A stretch of 63,940 bases of DNA from Chara braunii (taxonomy: Eukaryota; Plantae; Charophyceae). Position numbers and translations under genes: made by a program. This document shows positions 47,121 to 60,665 of this stretch, in pieces. Numbering within the stretch: position 1 is the first letter of the stretch; the number at the start of each line of letters is the position of its first letter. The stretch is from contig BFEA01000042.1 in the NCBI GenBank assembly GCA_003427395.1, positions 1,988,048 to 2,051,987 of the forward strand, given 5' to 3'. The notes beneath the pieces are model-generated. The model was not told the DNA's origin and made no database searches. It was given only the letters and a program-made list of their open reading frames with translations.

Positions 47121-47652
47121 TTCGTCGGTCGTGAGGTGTCTAGCCTATGCAGACGTCACTAATTTATATCCTGTGCTCTGAATAGAAGTCGTAGATTCCA
47201 TCAAGGGACAGTAGAAACGTCTACACAAAGGGCGCAAACTAAAGCCAGAAATCGAACCTCTGACCTGCCACAAAAGAAAAATACCCCGGGACTAGTACCC
47301 GGTACTGGCAACAAAATGTACCCCGGGACTGAAACCCGCAGGTTATAACCGTCGAACAAAAAAACAGGTCCTGGGACCGAAACCCGCGAATCCTCCACCG
47401 CCAGTATACTCCACAAGTCAACTTACTTCGTATGGTCCCATCGAATGAACCCAAAATATATAGGACCCCGGGACTAAAAACCCGCGGGCTGTCCAACAGA
47501 TCTCAAGGGTTCCAAAACCAATTGTCTCATCACGTTCACAATACGTACTATTACTTATCATAGACCTCACGGCAAGCCATTGATAGATGATATACCACTA
47601 CACATTCAGTTACACTGAGAGAAACAGAATACCACGCGTATCAACTTAAACG

Positions 47653-50500
47653 TCACCAATTTGTAAGAATTGGAATCCAATGTTCCCAGCACTGAGCAAA
47701 CTTCCGGGAGAAGTGAATCAGAGACTTATCAAAGTAAAAATCAGGATAACCACGTAACCAAAGTTCATGTTTCAGCATGAAAAAAAAGGGCAACTCGAGA
47801 CCAGGAACAGATGTATACGTTCTGGCCCAATGCAAGAAGGAACAAATGACTGCAAATTTATGTTGTTTACTCGTGAAAGAAGAGAAATCTTGAATGCTTT
47901 GAAAGATTAACGGACGATTGATCTCACCACCCTGGTTCTTGTGCCTTGCCATACACACCACTTTACATGGATCATTTACGATCATCAATCTGCAACCAAT
48001 AAAATCCCAGTCCTATGACACATTCGTCTGCTCTAAAACAAGAGCATCATCATAACATGAACGAAACTCTTCCAAGATCCGGTCAACCATCGTCCGAGAA
48101 GGATGATATGACATATGAAATTTGACAAAGAAAGAAAGGTCATCCACAATTCTGCAACCATGCACCTACAACCGTTGCTTCTTCAACGACGATGGGAAGG
48201 TGTATTCGTTAAAGGCGCAGAGTAGACAAGCCAATGCAGGGCTCGTCGTGCTCCCCATAGGGATGTCCACAGTCTGCCGAAACAGTTTCCCAGAAACCAA
48301 GATGAAGGTGTTGTCCAAATTGTACCGGAAGAACTCAAAAATCTGCGAAAAACGTATCCGAGCCCAACCAGATTCGCCCTTCCCCTTCGTCAGCCTGGCA
48401 ATTCTACCATGCATACGAACCAATACTGCAGAAAAACCTTCGCTAATCCAATATTCCAAAATCCATCTGACGGCAGCCAAGACGGAGCGATGAGGTAGGT
48501 TGGAGAACATCTCTTTGATGTCAAAGGCTCCACCAATCACAAATTCATCTTCCCTCAACATTGAATTAACAGCCTCAATCTTTCCCATAATGTCAGCAGT
48601 ATACTTCATGTTAAAATGCATGCTATCCGGCAATCTCCATAACAGGTGATTAACTGCTCTCGCAACACGTCTACCACCCAAAACGGAACCATCCGAATGT
48701 GACGGGCAAATCGGACGCCATCGAGTTACGTCCTTATGTTTCGCCAAACAATAAGCATTGCCGAATGTGCCATGTTTGTTCCATCTACCAAACTTAGAAA
48801 ACTTCCTTGCTTCATACTGCGCCTTACATACGGCCAACACATCCTTCGCCGAATCAGTAATTGGAACGAAGGAATCATTCCCCGAAAAGAGCTTCCTCAT
48901 ACCATCTCCATACACCACAGGACAACAAATGAAGGTGTCACCAATATTGTGGTCAAGCGGGCAACACACTAGATTACGCAACCGACGCAACTGTTGTTTG
49001 ACTGCACATTTAGAAAAAACGGAATAATCATACACAGCCAATTCATCAGACTTCTTACTGAGAAGACACGAGGTAAAGTGATCATCGTCAGACGGCTCAA
49101 GACGTAACGACGGAAGATAGTGAAAATAATTGAAGGACCCAAGAATTTGTCGTTTGAGCTGAGACACCGGATGCTAATCTTCAGGTCGCAACACATTTTT
49201 AGAATTCTGCATACACCGATGAAAGAAATCAACGGAACTAATTCAAAAAGAAACATGTCCTTCGACACGTGGGAACAATGCATCAGCATCATGGCATTGA
49301 CATGTGTAATCGCCATTCCTAGCTACCTTCCGAAAATTATGCACCAAGTCACCTACCGACTGATTTTTGCATCACACCACCCGCATACGTCTGACCAACA
49401 TATCCATCCATACCGGTTTGACATCCAGTCTTCTAATCAAATGAGCAGTCAACTTCCTAACAACCATCTTACAAAAACGGTCATCATATACTACACGAAC
49501 CACCAACCTCTAACGCACATGCACACCAAACCGCTTGTAGATCACTGTGGAAAGTATGGTACATAATCTGTTGCGGGTGCGTTTCTCTTGAAAGCAATGA
49601 ACAACAGAAAAAAACGAAAACCAGCTCACGAAAATCCCACGAAGTCAACTGTCGTCGTGACGTAGGGTGACTAAGCAACTGAACCAGACAAGGTTTGATC
49701 ATCAGAGATTTATTGCAGAAAGGAACAATCGACTCAAACAGAATAACCGCTTCATCGACCAACCATCCTTTCGAGCTTCTAAACTGGTCTCTATCACCAT
49801 TGTACACAACAATTGAGGACCCATAACACCTTCCAAGGATTTTCCACTTATCTATTAACAATGGTCCACCACAACAGACGACTACCATCCGATCAATCGA
49901 GTTGTCCCGACAATGATTAAGTATTCGAAGAAGACTTGAGAAAGTAACTCCACAGGACGCATGGAAAGTCAACACGCAACTTTGAACAGCACTGGTCAAA
50001 GACAACCCAGATTTCTTCTTCCTCCGCAACCTCTCCCTCTTCCCCAAACGTCTCCGCTTACCTTTCTTAGGTCTATCCTTAGAGTTCAGTGCCGCCGAGA
50101 AGTGACGAATATAGAAACGCTCGGTGTCAGCTAAGTACTCATCCGTACAACCACAGATAGAAATGGCAACGTGTTTTCCCACATCACATCGTCGAAGCCA
50201 ACAATAAAGACGTTCGTTTCTTCTGCCCTTACTGCTCAACGTATCGCTGCATGTCCTGTACACGTGCTCAACCCATCGTGTACCCAAATCTCGAGTAGTA
50301 CTACCTACATATAGATGCCGATACCAGGGAGAAACCAATACATAAACGAGAGGACCTTTAATAACTTCCCCATCAATCCACGACCTCAGAATACAAGATG
50401 AGAGTTTAGATGCCCAAGAAATCAACCCACACAAGATTAAGACGATAACCACCACCCGGAAGAGAGCATCGACCTTCTTGCATCGCAGATTAGAGGTAGA
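47653..50500 (-). pseudogene. PLE2 ORF2: GIY-YIG, RT and thumb
   Basis: LVYVL..LYVGST..RWVEH..TE..YI...LN; WRPICP; FDIKEMF; IPMGSTTSP; RIVDD; DFIG; LRGYP. Confidence 0.9.
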
Positions 50501-50565
50501 AGAATAGCGAAAAAGAACACAAGCATTCGCAATCGACCACAGGCGTGCCGCGCTCGGGAGGGACC

Positions 50566-52030
50566 CTAAGAGTCAGCGAAGTCCCTCCCATCATCCTTAC
50601 CGGCATCTTCGATGTCCTCCGAAATCTCATGTACGGCAGCTCTCTTTTCGAAGGTACGTTCCACTCTTTTCTCGATAATGTCGTTGATTGTCTTGGGTAT
50701 AGTGCTATATTTAATCCCTTCCTTCATACATATTCCCACCAAATCGTCTTTCTTCTTGACAATGTTACCCAATTCCTTCCGTGCTTCTCGAATAAAGATA
50801 TCCCGTTCATTGTCTGGATCCTGTTATTCACGCGCACCGCCTTTCTGCTTCCTACGTGCAGTCTTCATCGTCGATCCTCCTGCTTCATCCAAGCGTTGTT
50901 GGAAAACTGACTTCGGCGGCTCCCGTTCACCATCACGTTTGGCTAGGTCTTCTTTCAATCGAGCATTCTCCTGTTCGGCCTCCCGTCACCAATTCAACTC
51001 CTGCAAACGCAGTTCCTTGAGAGTGTTGACCTCCAGCATGTGCAACTGTGCAAGCTGAGTTGGGTCGACGGTAGGTCTCTCTACACTTGACTTCCGCGGC
51101 GTAGTTGAAGGCATCTTGAGCTGTGATGGTGGGGATGTTGCCAGCCGGCTACGCTTATTGCCAGATCGAAGCGCCTCCCTCTTCCAACTTTCTGCTTCCT
51201 GCATCGCAAGCTCATGCTGTTGTTTAATCATTCTCAAGGATTCCTCCACCGTTTCAACATGTTTGTTGGCCACCGCCGCAGCTTCAAGTTTCATCTTCAT
51301 CTCCTCATGTTCCTGCATCATCTTAGCAAGCAACGCGTCATCCGGAGGTCTACTCGTCGAGGCACTGTCATTCTTAGCTGTTGCGCTTTGCGCCAGCTGT
51401 AACTTCTCAATCTCTTTCAAAAGCTTCTGCATTGTTGGCTCACCATTACCGTTGCTACTCTTCTGAGCTCGAAAACTTTCATACATCGCGTCTAATCTGA
51501 CATTCATCGCATCATGGAGTTCCTTATTGAGAGTTTCCCTTTCCCTTTTCTCAACCAACCGTCGCTCTTCTTCTTCTTTCGCCTTTCTCAATTTCTCTTC
51601 TTCTTCTCTTCATGCTACTTTTTTTGCCACCGCCGCGTCATACCATGCTCTCATCTTCCCAACGCTATCTTCGAGAGTGACGACGCGCTGATTCTGATTG
51701 GCACACCTGGTTCCTTTGGCGTATTGAACTTGATTCCACGACGCGCTGATTCTGATTGGCCCACCCGGTTCCTTTGGCGTATTGACCTTGATTCCCAGAT
51801 ACGGCTCCTACATTCGTCTGAGGAGGAGGTGGAGGAGGAAGAGGAGGAGGAGGAGGAGCGGTAGTCGAAGGATTCGGAAGGGTAAGAATAGGAGCAGCAA
51901 CAGTGTTCGGTACCGCGGTTTTATGAGGCCACCATCGAGCGAAATGATTAGGATCTCCGCAGTTGTAGCACGTGCGTATGCTAGAAGTAGTAGCCATTGT
52001 GGATGCTGCCGACAAAATTACCGAAGCCAC
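50566..52030 (-). pseudogene. PLE2 ORF1: zinc knuckle, poly-Pro, coiled coil, SAP/HeH-like end
   Basis: CYNCGDPNHFARW(C); a coil at 50986-51591; KKDDLVGICMKEGIKY. Confidence 0.75.
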
Positions 52031-52298
52031 TTGTAACGCAGTCTAACCTCTACGACGGTTACTCCGTGTATGGAAGTGATTAGTACATCCAATCGTGCAA
52101 CCTCAGCATAAACAGTAACAATAGTTATCAATACACATCACATCGTCCAAGGACTGGAGACCAGACAAAAATGAAGACAAAAGGAGAGGGAGCGAAGAAG
52201 AGGGAGTAAGAGGAGGAAAAGACAAGAAGAAACACCAGGATGAAAAAAGTTCTCCCGAATGCAGCATCGAAAAATTTGAATGAAGTACAGACGGCAAT

Positions 52299-52344
52299 GA
52301 CCCGACTAGTTTCGGTCGGCCGCCACCGGCGCTCGTCAGGGGTC
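52299..52344 (-). ncRNA. Type I hammerhead ribozyme (PLE2 5' repeat)
   Basis: GACCC-CUGACGA-stem II-GAAA-CUAG-UC-GGGUC, with a palindromic CUAG helix III. Confidence 0.85.
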
Positions 52345-52945
52345 TTCGTCATTCGTGAGGTGTCTAGCCTATGCAGACGTCACTAATTTATATCATGTGC
52401 TCTAAATAGAAGTCGTAGAATCCATCAAGGGACTGTAGAAATGTCTACACAAAGGGCGCGAACTAAAGCCAGAAATCGAACCTCTGACCTGCCACAAAAG
52501 AAAAAATTAATACCCCGGGACGAGGACCCGGTACTGGCAACAAAATGTACCTCGGGACTGAAACCCGCGGGTTATAACCGTCGAACAAAAAAACAGGGCC
52601 CGAGACTGAAACCCGCGAATCCTCCACCGCCAGTGTACTCCACAAGTCAACTTACTTCGTATGGTCCCGTCAAATAAACCGGTAGGGCCCTTCTTTTTCA
52701 AAATCGCGTACGTGGGCCTCATTCCATACTTCAGCTTCACCACTGCCGGCCTCTTTTACATCAAAATGAATATGGCGCTATAACCGCTGTTATGCGCCAG
52801 ATTCATGATCCGGTAGCGCCATTGGAGCGACGCGTGGGCCTGTAGTACCCCACTTGCAAGTCATTGGGCCGGTAGTACCAAACGACTAAATATTGGGCGG
52901 CCAAAACCGAAAAGGTTTTGGCGTGGGCACCTTCTACCGATTATC

Positions 52946-52981
<36 letters not shown>

Positions 52982-53106
52982 NNNNNNNNNNNNNNNNNNN
53001 NNNNNNNNNNNNNNNNNNNNNNNNNNNNNNNNNNNNNNNNNNNNNNNNNNNNNNNNNNNNNNNNNNNNNNNNNNNNNNNNNNNNNNNNNNNNNNNNNNNN
53101 NNNNNN

Positions 53107-53176
<70 letters not shown>

Positions 53177-56100
53177 CGAACCTACCTGGGAAGCTGGTGA
53201 TGCGGCATGAACCAAAAGCCAAGCTACATGTTGAACTGCAGGGCCCGCTAGCGGGCCAATTTGGACGGGCAATCATGCGGGGTAGGAATGAAAGTAAAAT
53301 AAAAAGAAAGCATAATAAGTATCGATGTATCTCTCCGTATTCTTGCGGAAGATTCATTGTGGTTTTTGCTAATTTTCTTTTAGAAATAACATCTCAATCT
53401 CTCTGTGTGCATGGCTGAAAACTGGTGTGGATTGCCTTATTCAGGCGGAAGTTTCATCTCGACTTTGCTCACCCTGACAAAGGAAGCAACCACTCGCTCT
53501 CTCTCGCGCACAGGAGTGGTGTAGCAGTCGTGATCACCATACTGACCGGTCGTCACCATCAAGGCCGCCTCCGCCGTTTGATCGTGGTAACAATCGGGGC
53601 CATCACTATGACCTTCACTCCCCATACTGCTTTTTGCTATGTTCGCCACTATGATCACGTGCGCAATCCCCGTTTGAGTGCAGCTGCTCGTCGTGCCCGC
53701 CGCCCGGTGGTCGTCACCACTAGTTGGATCTGACAGTAAGTGTGACCAGGTACATTAATATGAAGGAGAGGGGAGGACGAGCCTGGCGCAAAGTGGTTAT
53801 GCTGAGGCGGGGACAAGCAAGAATTGGGCGATGTACCTCCTCATATTTTGAGAGAAGGTTTGTTCTCATTCTTGCACGTGTGATGAGTAGTGGGGTGCGG
53901 CCATTGTCGTGCATGCCATTGACGTGATCGTGTTGATCGAAATGTTGCCCATTTAGTTGTGCTCACCATCATTATTATCAGATCAGGTTGTTTATCTTCG
54001 TCGTCATCATTATCGACAGGCTCCATGGTTGTCATCATGGCCAACATTAGCCGGATCAAAGCTGCCCGCTATCGTATCTGCAAGTGTGAAGTGAAGATGG
54101 GAGTTGTGCTAAGTGCTACTACACAAAGGGCTTACAATAGGTGGATGTATCTTCCCATGTTCTAGTGGGCGATTTATCTATTATACGCATTTGGGAAGTA
54201 GGGGAACGAGACTGCTTTTGCCATGATACGGAGGGGATTGCAGTTTGGTGCATCAGGCAAGATACGGTGTATTTCTTCCTGTTCAATTGTTGTGGGTCCC
54301 CACAACGGAACTTAATGTTGTGTCATGCAGCTTGCTGCTATTGGGATTGCAGTGCAGCCTAGCCTGTGCTTTTGTAAACTCGGTTAGTGTTTTTGTGACC
54401 CAACCTGTGTACCTTGAGTAGTTGCCTGTCTTCGCACGTGCCATTGCAGCTTCTGACGGGAGTGAGAATGCGTGCCTAGTCATGGCGGTCGTCTGATTGG
54501 TCGAGATCTGAATGTGCTTTGGTAGCTGCTGCAGCTACCTTGAAGACCGCATATTGCTGATTCTTAAGTTAGATAAATGATTTCACTACCACGGATTGTT
54601 GCGCATTGCTGTACACACAGTACCTTGCGCCTTTGTTGCGTTCGTGATATGCATCGATGATCCTGCTAGGCTGCTGCTATACGCTGCTCCGTTTGTTGTG
54701 TATCGGGGATATGCGTTGTTGTGTCTTAACTTGTCCATTGCTACGCCTTTGTTGTGTGGCGCTGCTGTTTATTACATTTTGACATTGGTTACTACCTCAG
54801 TGACTTTCAGCTACGCACGGTTGCTGTGCGCACAGAGTTATGCTAAGTTTTTGTTGGGACTTGCTCTCGTCTCGAGCGAGAGCGAAGGGCTGTGCACTAT
54901 TCAAACGCACTCGTTTTAGGCTGTGTAACGACTTTCGGATCAGAGGGAACGGTATCACAGCTTGAGAGAGTGATTCAGCACTGCAAAGACTAACTGCAGC
55001 CATTTAGTTCCTCAGGCTTGCGGCTGAGCATGACTGCTGTGCTTCGTTGTGTTTTATTGCATTACACCACGTCTCGCATTGCACTTTGTTGTTGGGCACC
55101 GTCGCTGCATGAACTGTTATAGTCTGGTGTGCTCTATTTGAACGTCAGTGTTCTAGGCTGCGTGGCGGCAGTTTAGGCTGGGGGGAGGCACTATATTGGT
55201 GAGGGGGTGATCAGGCTCTACAAGAGGGTGACTGTTGCGACTTCAAGGATCCTCAGAGGCATTTTGCTCGTCGTGACGGCTTATAGTTTGACCATCTTAC
55301 TATCCGTTTTGGCCGCCATAGTGGGGCCCTAAGGAGTTGAAGATTTCAAGGTCCTCCCTCTTACGCGAGTTTGAGAGCACCCTCCTTGTTTCTGAGAGAC
55401 TCAAAGACCTCTGCTTCCGCCCTTCTTACTCTAAGCCTAATATGAGGTTACGAGAGAAAGGCGGCAGGCGGGACTGCAACCCGTAGGAACGCATCAAGAC
55501 TCTTTGGGGAGTTAGCCCACCGATTGCGAGAGCTCAGCCGGAGCTCGGGCGGGGTTCTGGAGGCAGGGAACACTCAGGTATAATGTTTTTTTTACGTGTG
55601 TGATCCCATCCCTTAAACTACACTATCCTTTGCTACTATGTGCCTGCAGGTATGACTGAGAAAGCTAGCTGTTTTTGTTTGTTTTGAATTCAAGATATGA
55701 TCTGAAAGCTAAAATTCGTAAGTATATATGAAAAACTCAGATTATTTGTATGAATTCAGAAATAATGAATGAGGGAAGGTGGGATGAAGGTACTCTGCTT
55801 GTGTTTGACTGGGTCAACCCAAGGCCGAATCCCTCTAAGTTGAGTGGGTTCAATGCTATGTTTTATTTGTGTTTGTTGGGCTACAATGGTTTGGACAACA
55901 TTGATTGACGACGGACCCAAATTATGAGGAGGTGGCTACAAAGGCGAGGCAACTTAGTCTATTGCATACTTTGTGTCTCTTTCTGGTATTCCTCAATATT
56001 CAGTATGTGGAGCCTCGACTGTCGGTGGTCATTATAATTGTATGTCTATTCACATAACAAATGGTGCGGGAGGGAGGAACTACAGTGTACATCAGGTGTT

Positions 56101-56492
56101 CTCTGGCGCCGGGCCCAGGGTGAAGAGGCTCAGGGGGTTTTTGGCGTCGGCCCAGGGTGAAGCGGTTGCTGACAGACGATGTAAGTATGAATTCAGTATG
56201 GCTTTGGGGAGGGAGAAACTAGTATCTAGCTGTGTACCTGGCACCGGATTCAGGGTGAAGAGGTTCCTCATTTCCTCCACTATCCTGCTAAGTCAATCCC
56301 CTGGTTCCCAGGATAATAAATGCTGGTAGAAACGCTCCATAATCGTCTCTGATGTATCTCCAATTCAGTTTGTATAAGGGACGCTGGACCCGATTCCCAG
56401 CAGGTGATGCTCCCCACCAATGGACGGAGCCTCTCCCAAGGTGTTAGTGGTGTCTGCTCTTATCAGCACCACTAACATTGGTTGGGGTGTAT

Positions 56493-56523
<31 letters not shown>

Positions 56524-56589
56524 GAGGATTGGGCCTATCATAGGTTCGACGGTCCAACCACTTCTTTTTTTTTGGGGTTTCTGAACAGG

Positions 56590-57322
56590 AGGATGAGCGC
56601 CCTAAGCTGGGAAGACTCAGATTCCTAATGTTTATTTTGGGTTGCTGAAAACAAGACTGGGGATATTCTAAGTTGCGTAGTGTCAGTTCTGTGTGTGTTT
56701 TCTTCTGAGGGGGACAACGGCATGAGACTGGCGTACCCCTAAGTTGGGGCAACCTAGCCATAAGCCATGAACTTAAGAGGTAATCCAAAGTATAAAAGTT
56801 GATATACATGTTATATATGCATCTGGCAGGCTGACACCCTAAGTTGGGAGGTTTAGCCAATAAGTCATGTATGGCAAAAACAGAAGGAAAGCAAATGAAG
56901 AATATAATGTGAAGGTAACCTGGGCAGGATGAACGCACCCGTAAGTTGGGGCGGTTCAGTCCTATGCCCATGATCACATAAAAAGGGCTGAAAGTTAGTG
57001 TAAAACTTTTTATTTTCCCTTTTAAACAAAAGGCAGGGTTAGATGTCTCCCTAAGTTGGGTAGGTCTGACTCTCTGCCTAAAAATAAAGTAAGTTGTAAC
57101 GTTTGTAATGAGTATTTATGATTGACAATAATTGAACTGTTGTAATGTAGACTAACTACGTAACCGTTTTAACGCTATGAACGAACGTTCGCGTTCAAAT
57201 CCACGTTTGAACGCGGATTTAAATTCACGTTCAAAATTGAACGCCGTTTTTTTTTTTTTTTTTTTAAAGAGTCTCTCTCTCTCGCGCGCTATGGCTCTCT
57301 CACTCTCTCTCTCTCTCTCTCC

Positions 57323-57372
<50 letters not shown>

Positions 57373-58126
57373 AGCTATGGATCTCTCTCTCTGAGACTTT
57401 CTCTCTCGCTTGCTTTGGTTCTCTCTCTCTCTCTCTCTCTTGTCTCTCTCTCTCTCTCTCTCTCGCTCTCTCTCTCTTCCCCTCTTTCTCCATCAGTGCG
57501 CGTTTGAACGTTGTAGGCCGCCATTTTTTATATTTTTTTTTACGAACCGTGGAATTGATTGACGTGTTCAGTCGCGTTCATTGAACGCGTCGTTATGCGC
57601 GTTCATCCCGTTCAAATATTGAACAGAAAACCCACGTTCAATGAACGTGCGGTTACATAGGAGACTAAGTGTACCCCTAAGTTGGGGCGACTTAGTCATA
57701 CGTCGTATGTAACTTGTTTTAGGCAGATCAAGCGTACCTTAAAGTTAGGGCGGTCTGATCACATTGCCTTATTTATCTTAAACTTTCTAGAATAACTAGG
57801 TGTACCCCTAAGTTGGGGTGGTCTAGCGATATGCCCTTTGTTGTTGATGTTATGCAGGTTGGACGTACCCTTAAGTTGGGGCGGTCTAACCATTCATCGT
57901 TTGTGTTTGTTTAGGCAGGTTAGGCATACCTCTAAGTTCGGGCAATCTAATCCTATGTCATTGGTAAACTTTGTTTAAGGTTGACCAGGCATACCCCTAA
58001 GTTGGGGCAGTTTGGACATAAGTTAGGCATACGTCTAAGTTGGGACAGTCTAGTTGTGCGTATTCTATTTGTTTTGCCTAGGCAGGTCAGGCGTACCCCG
58101 AAGTTGGGGTGGTCTGATCCTATGTC
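56590..58126 (+). repeat. Array of ~14 covarying hairpins with a CCCC-TAAGTT-GGGG apex
   Basis: Copies at ~56590, 56655, 56726, 56829, 56921, 57031, 57663, 57721, 57797, 57857, 57913, 57983, 58021 and 58081. Confidence 0.9.
57156..57660. mobile_element. hAT-like MITE (TIR CTACGTAACCG/CGGTTACATAG; 8-bp TSD tAGACTAA/gAGACTAA)
   Basis: The TIR and TSD are visible, with TGAACG/CGTTCA subterminal motifs and an internal (CT)n tract. Confidence 0.85.
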
Positions 58127-58387
58127 ATAGGAAAAAGGGTTTAATAAGGGTTAAAATAACTAAGAGATTAACGAACTACTTGGCCAAAGCAAACGTGGTA
58201 TTGAGAGAGATGTTGTTTTGGTTTAATTATGAGCGCTCGTTTGGGGAGTCTTTTGATAACTTAGTCGCTTTAGATGCTCGTCGTGTGCTGGAGTTGTAGG
58301 AGTTAGATTAATTCCTGCATTTTTTCGGTTAAATTTATTTTTAGTTCAATTTCAACATTTCAGGAATAAGTTTATCTTATATTTCTG

Positions 58388-58700
58388 GCTTTGTATAAAT
58401 TTTAGGAAGACACTTTTTCTACGGGAAACGCTGCCCAAATTTCTGCAAATCCTGGGAGTTAGTTAAATTTTGTCTTTTACAAATTCAGCTTTTTGTCTGT
58501 ATTCATATATGACTTAGTATAAATCCGGGAAACCTATCTCTCTAAAGGAGATGCTGCCCAAATTTTACTAATTCAGGGAGTTAGACAAAAAAATGGCTTT
58601 GTAAAAACCAGAGTTGATTTTTTTCTTGTATTTAGCTTTGTATAAATTATGAGAATGCACTTGTCCTACGGGAAGCGCTGCCGAAATTTTTTAGAAGAGT
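58388..58700 (+). repeat. Three ~123-bp GCTGCC(G/C)AAATTT hairpin units
   Basis: Homologous to 22165-22730. Confidence 0.8.
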
Positions 58701-59361
58701 TAAGATATTTCAGAACTTGAGAATTTGACAGTCTGCCCTTGTTTAGGGTATACACTACTGAAATTCCTGTTATTTTTAGATAAACATAAGAGACCTTGGA
58801 TTATTTCATGATCATTCAAACATGGTTTGGGCACTGGTCTATGCTGCATAGCAGACCACCTTTGTTCAGATTGATTCAAGGCTTGACTAGCTTCTGACTG
58901 ATCCTACGATGATCGTCTTCTATTATTTTTTGATAACAGGTGGGTTTCCTGATCAACTCTAATTCATTCCCGCTACGCAACCTCAAAGTCTTAGCCCCTG
59001 TGGATTGAAATGTTTCTTTGGGGTTTTTACCTGGACTTTTTTAAATGGTCTGTGTTTTGTTTTGGGAAGGTTGGACAAAGGTTGGGGTCTTCTGTGGGTA
59101 AGGCACAAGGGTGTGAGTGCTGAGAATTGTTAAAGTTGACCCCTTGTAGTGTGTGTTTTGTTGATCTGAAACCGCTGATGTGATTGCAATTGTGGTTCAA
59201 ACTATGACTTTGACTTTCTTGCGATTATATATATATATTTTTTAGGGAAGTCACACTTTGATTGTGAGAAGTGATTGTCTCGTTTCTTCTGACCCTATAT
59301 ATATATATATATACATATATATACATATATATATACATATATATATATACATATATATATA

Positions 59362-60621
59362 CAGGGTTACCTGACCGAACTTTTGGGGGCCCCCGGGCTG
59401 ACCCCCGAACGTTCAGGCGTTCGGGGTCCTCAACAGAAGAATTCCCATGAGAAGTGAGAGTTGAAAAAACATTCCATAAAAAAAACATTCATCATATTTA
59501 TAAATTATCATTTCAATGTTTGTCCAATTCTAAAATTTTCAATTAAATTTGATATGTTCTCGTCTAATATGAGCTTTCTCTTCCAACTACATCTATTTGT
59601 TCAAGATGGAATGAAAGTCTGGACGAGTTTATAAAATGTTTTAATTAGACTTTCATTCTACAACAACAAATATCGTCTAATTTAGATTGGATTAACCTAT
59701 TTATGACTAAAAATCCTTACCTAGAATGAAAGTCTAATTAGAATATTTCATGATTTCATCCAGACTTTCATTCCATCTCTAGCATGCAGTTCAAATCAGA
59801 AGGGATACCACATTCTTGGAAGGAAAGTTTTCAAGTAAGACGAAAAATTTTAAAATTGGAATGAGATTTTTTAAGATGGAATGAAAATTTGAAATTTAAA
59901 ATGTAATTTTACTCTAGAATGATTATTTAATTTTGGGAAATTTTTCTGTTGCCGTTGGCGGGCCGAACACCTCCAGGTTCAGCCCCCGCCAAAAAACAAC
60001 TTGGCGCCTAAAAATAAGTTTTTCTTTCTGAATGTTTTTTTGTGAGTTGTCTATGATGTAGCCTACACGCCTATACATTTTGAAGCCATTCTGCTTAGCC
60101 AAAAAAAACATTAAAAATCGTCAAAGATGGGTGTGTCAAAACGTGCTTGCCCGCTCACTATTTTGTTTTTTTTCAGTTTTCACTTTTTTTTTTTTTACTC
60201 CATATTTCGGGGCCTAAAATTTTTTAATGAGTTGTTGATTATGTAAACTAAATATCTGTAAATTTTCAGGGCATTTATCAATGCCAAAAAATAATTAAAA
60301 ACCGGCAAAGATGGCGATGTCGAAAAGGTGCTGGCACACTCACTCATTTTAATTCTCTTTTTATTTTTTCTTATTTTTATCAGTGTTTATTTTCTGTATT
60401 TGATTTTTAATTCAAATTTGGTAAAGAATTTGAATGTAGTAACCTGGCAAATGTTGTTATGTTTATGTTTCGCCATAACTTTTTTTTTTTGGGATTGTTT
60501 GAAAACGTTTTTTTTTTTTTTTTTTTTTTTTTTNTCCNCNTTCGGCCCGAATGGCCGAACNCCTTCCGAAGGGGTTCCGTATGTTCAGGCGTTCGGCCCG
60601 TCCCGAACGTCGACAACCCTA
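59362..60621. mobile_element. hAT-like non-autonomous element in a (TA)n tract
   Basis: CAGGGTT..AACCCTA termini, CCGAAC/GTTCGG subterminal repeats and an AT-rich interior. Confidence 0.7.
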
Positions 60622-60665
60622 TATATATATACACACACATATATATATATATACATATGTATATA

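Larger units (their letters stand above)
46852..52680 (-). mobile_element. Penelope-like retroelement PLE2 with ~600-bp direct repeats (46852-47451; 52076-52680)
   Basis: It has direct repeats, ORF1, a GIY-YIG-RT ORF2 and hammerheads. Confidence 0.9.
46733..52947. mobile_element. MITE with ~85-bp TIRs (GGGATAAT..ATTATCCC, Mutator-like) split by PLE2
   Basis: 46733-46819 is the reverse complement of 52863-52947. The element sits in a (GA)n tract. Confidence 0.85.
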
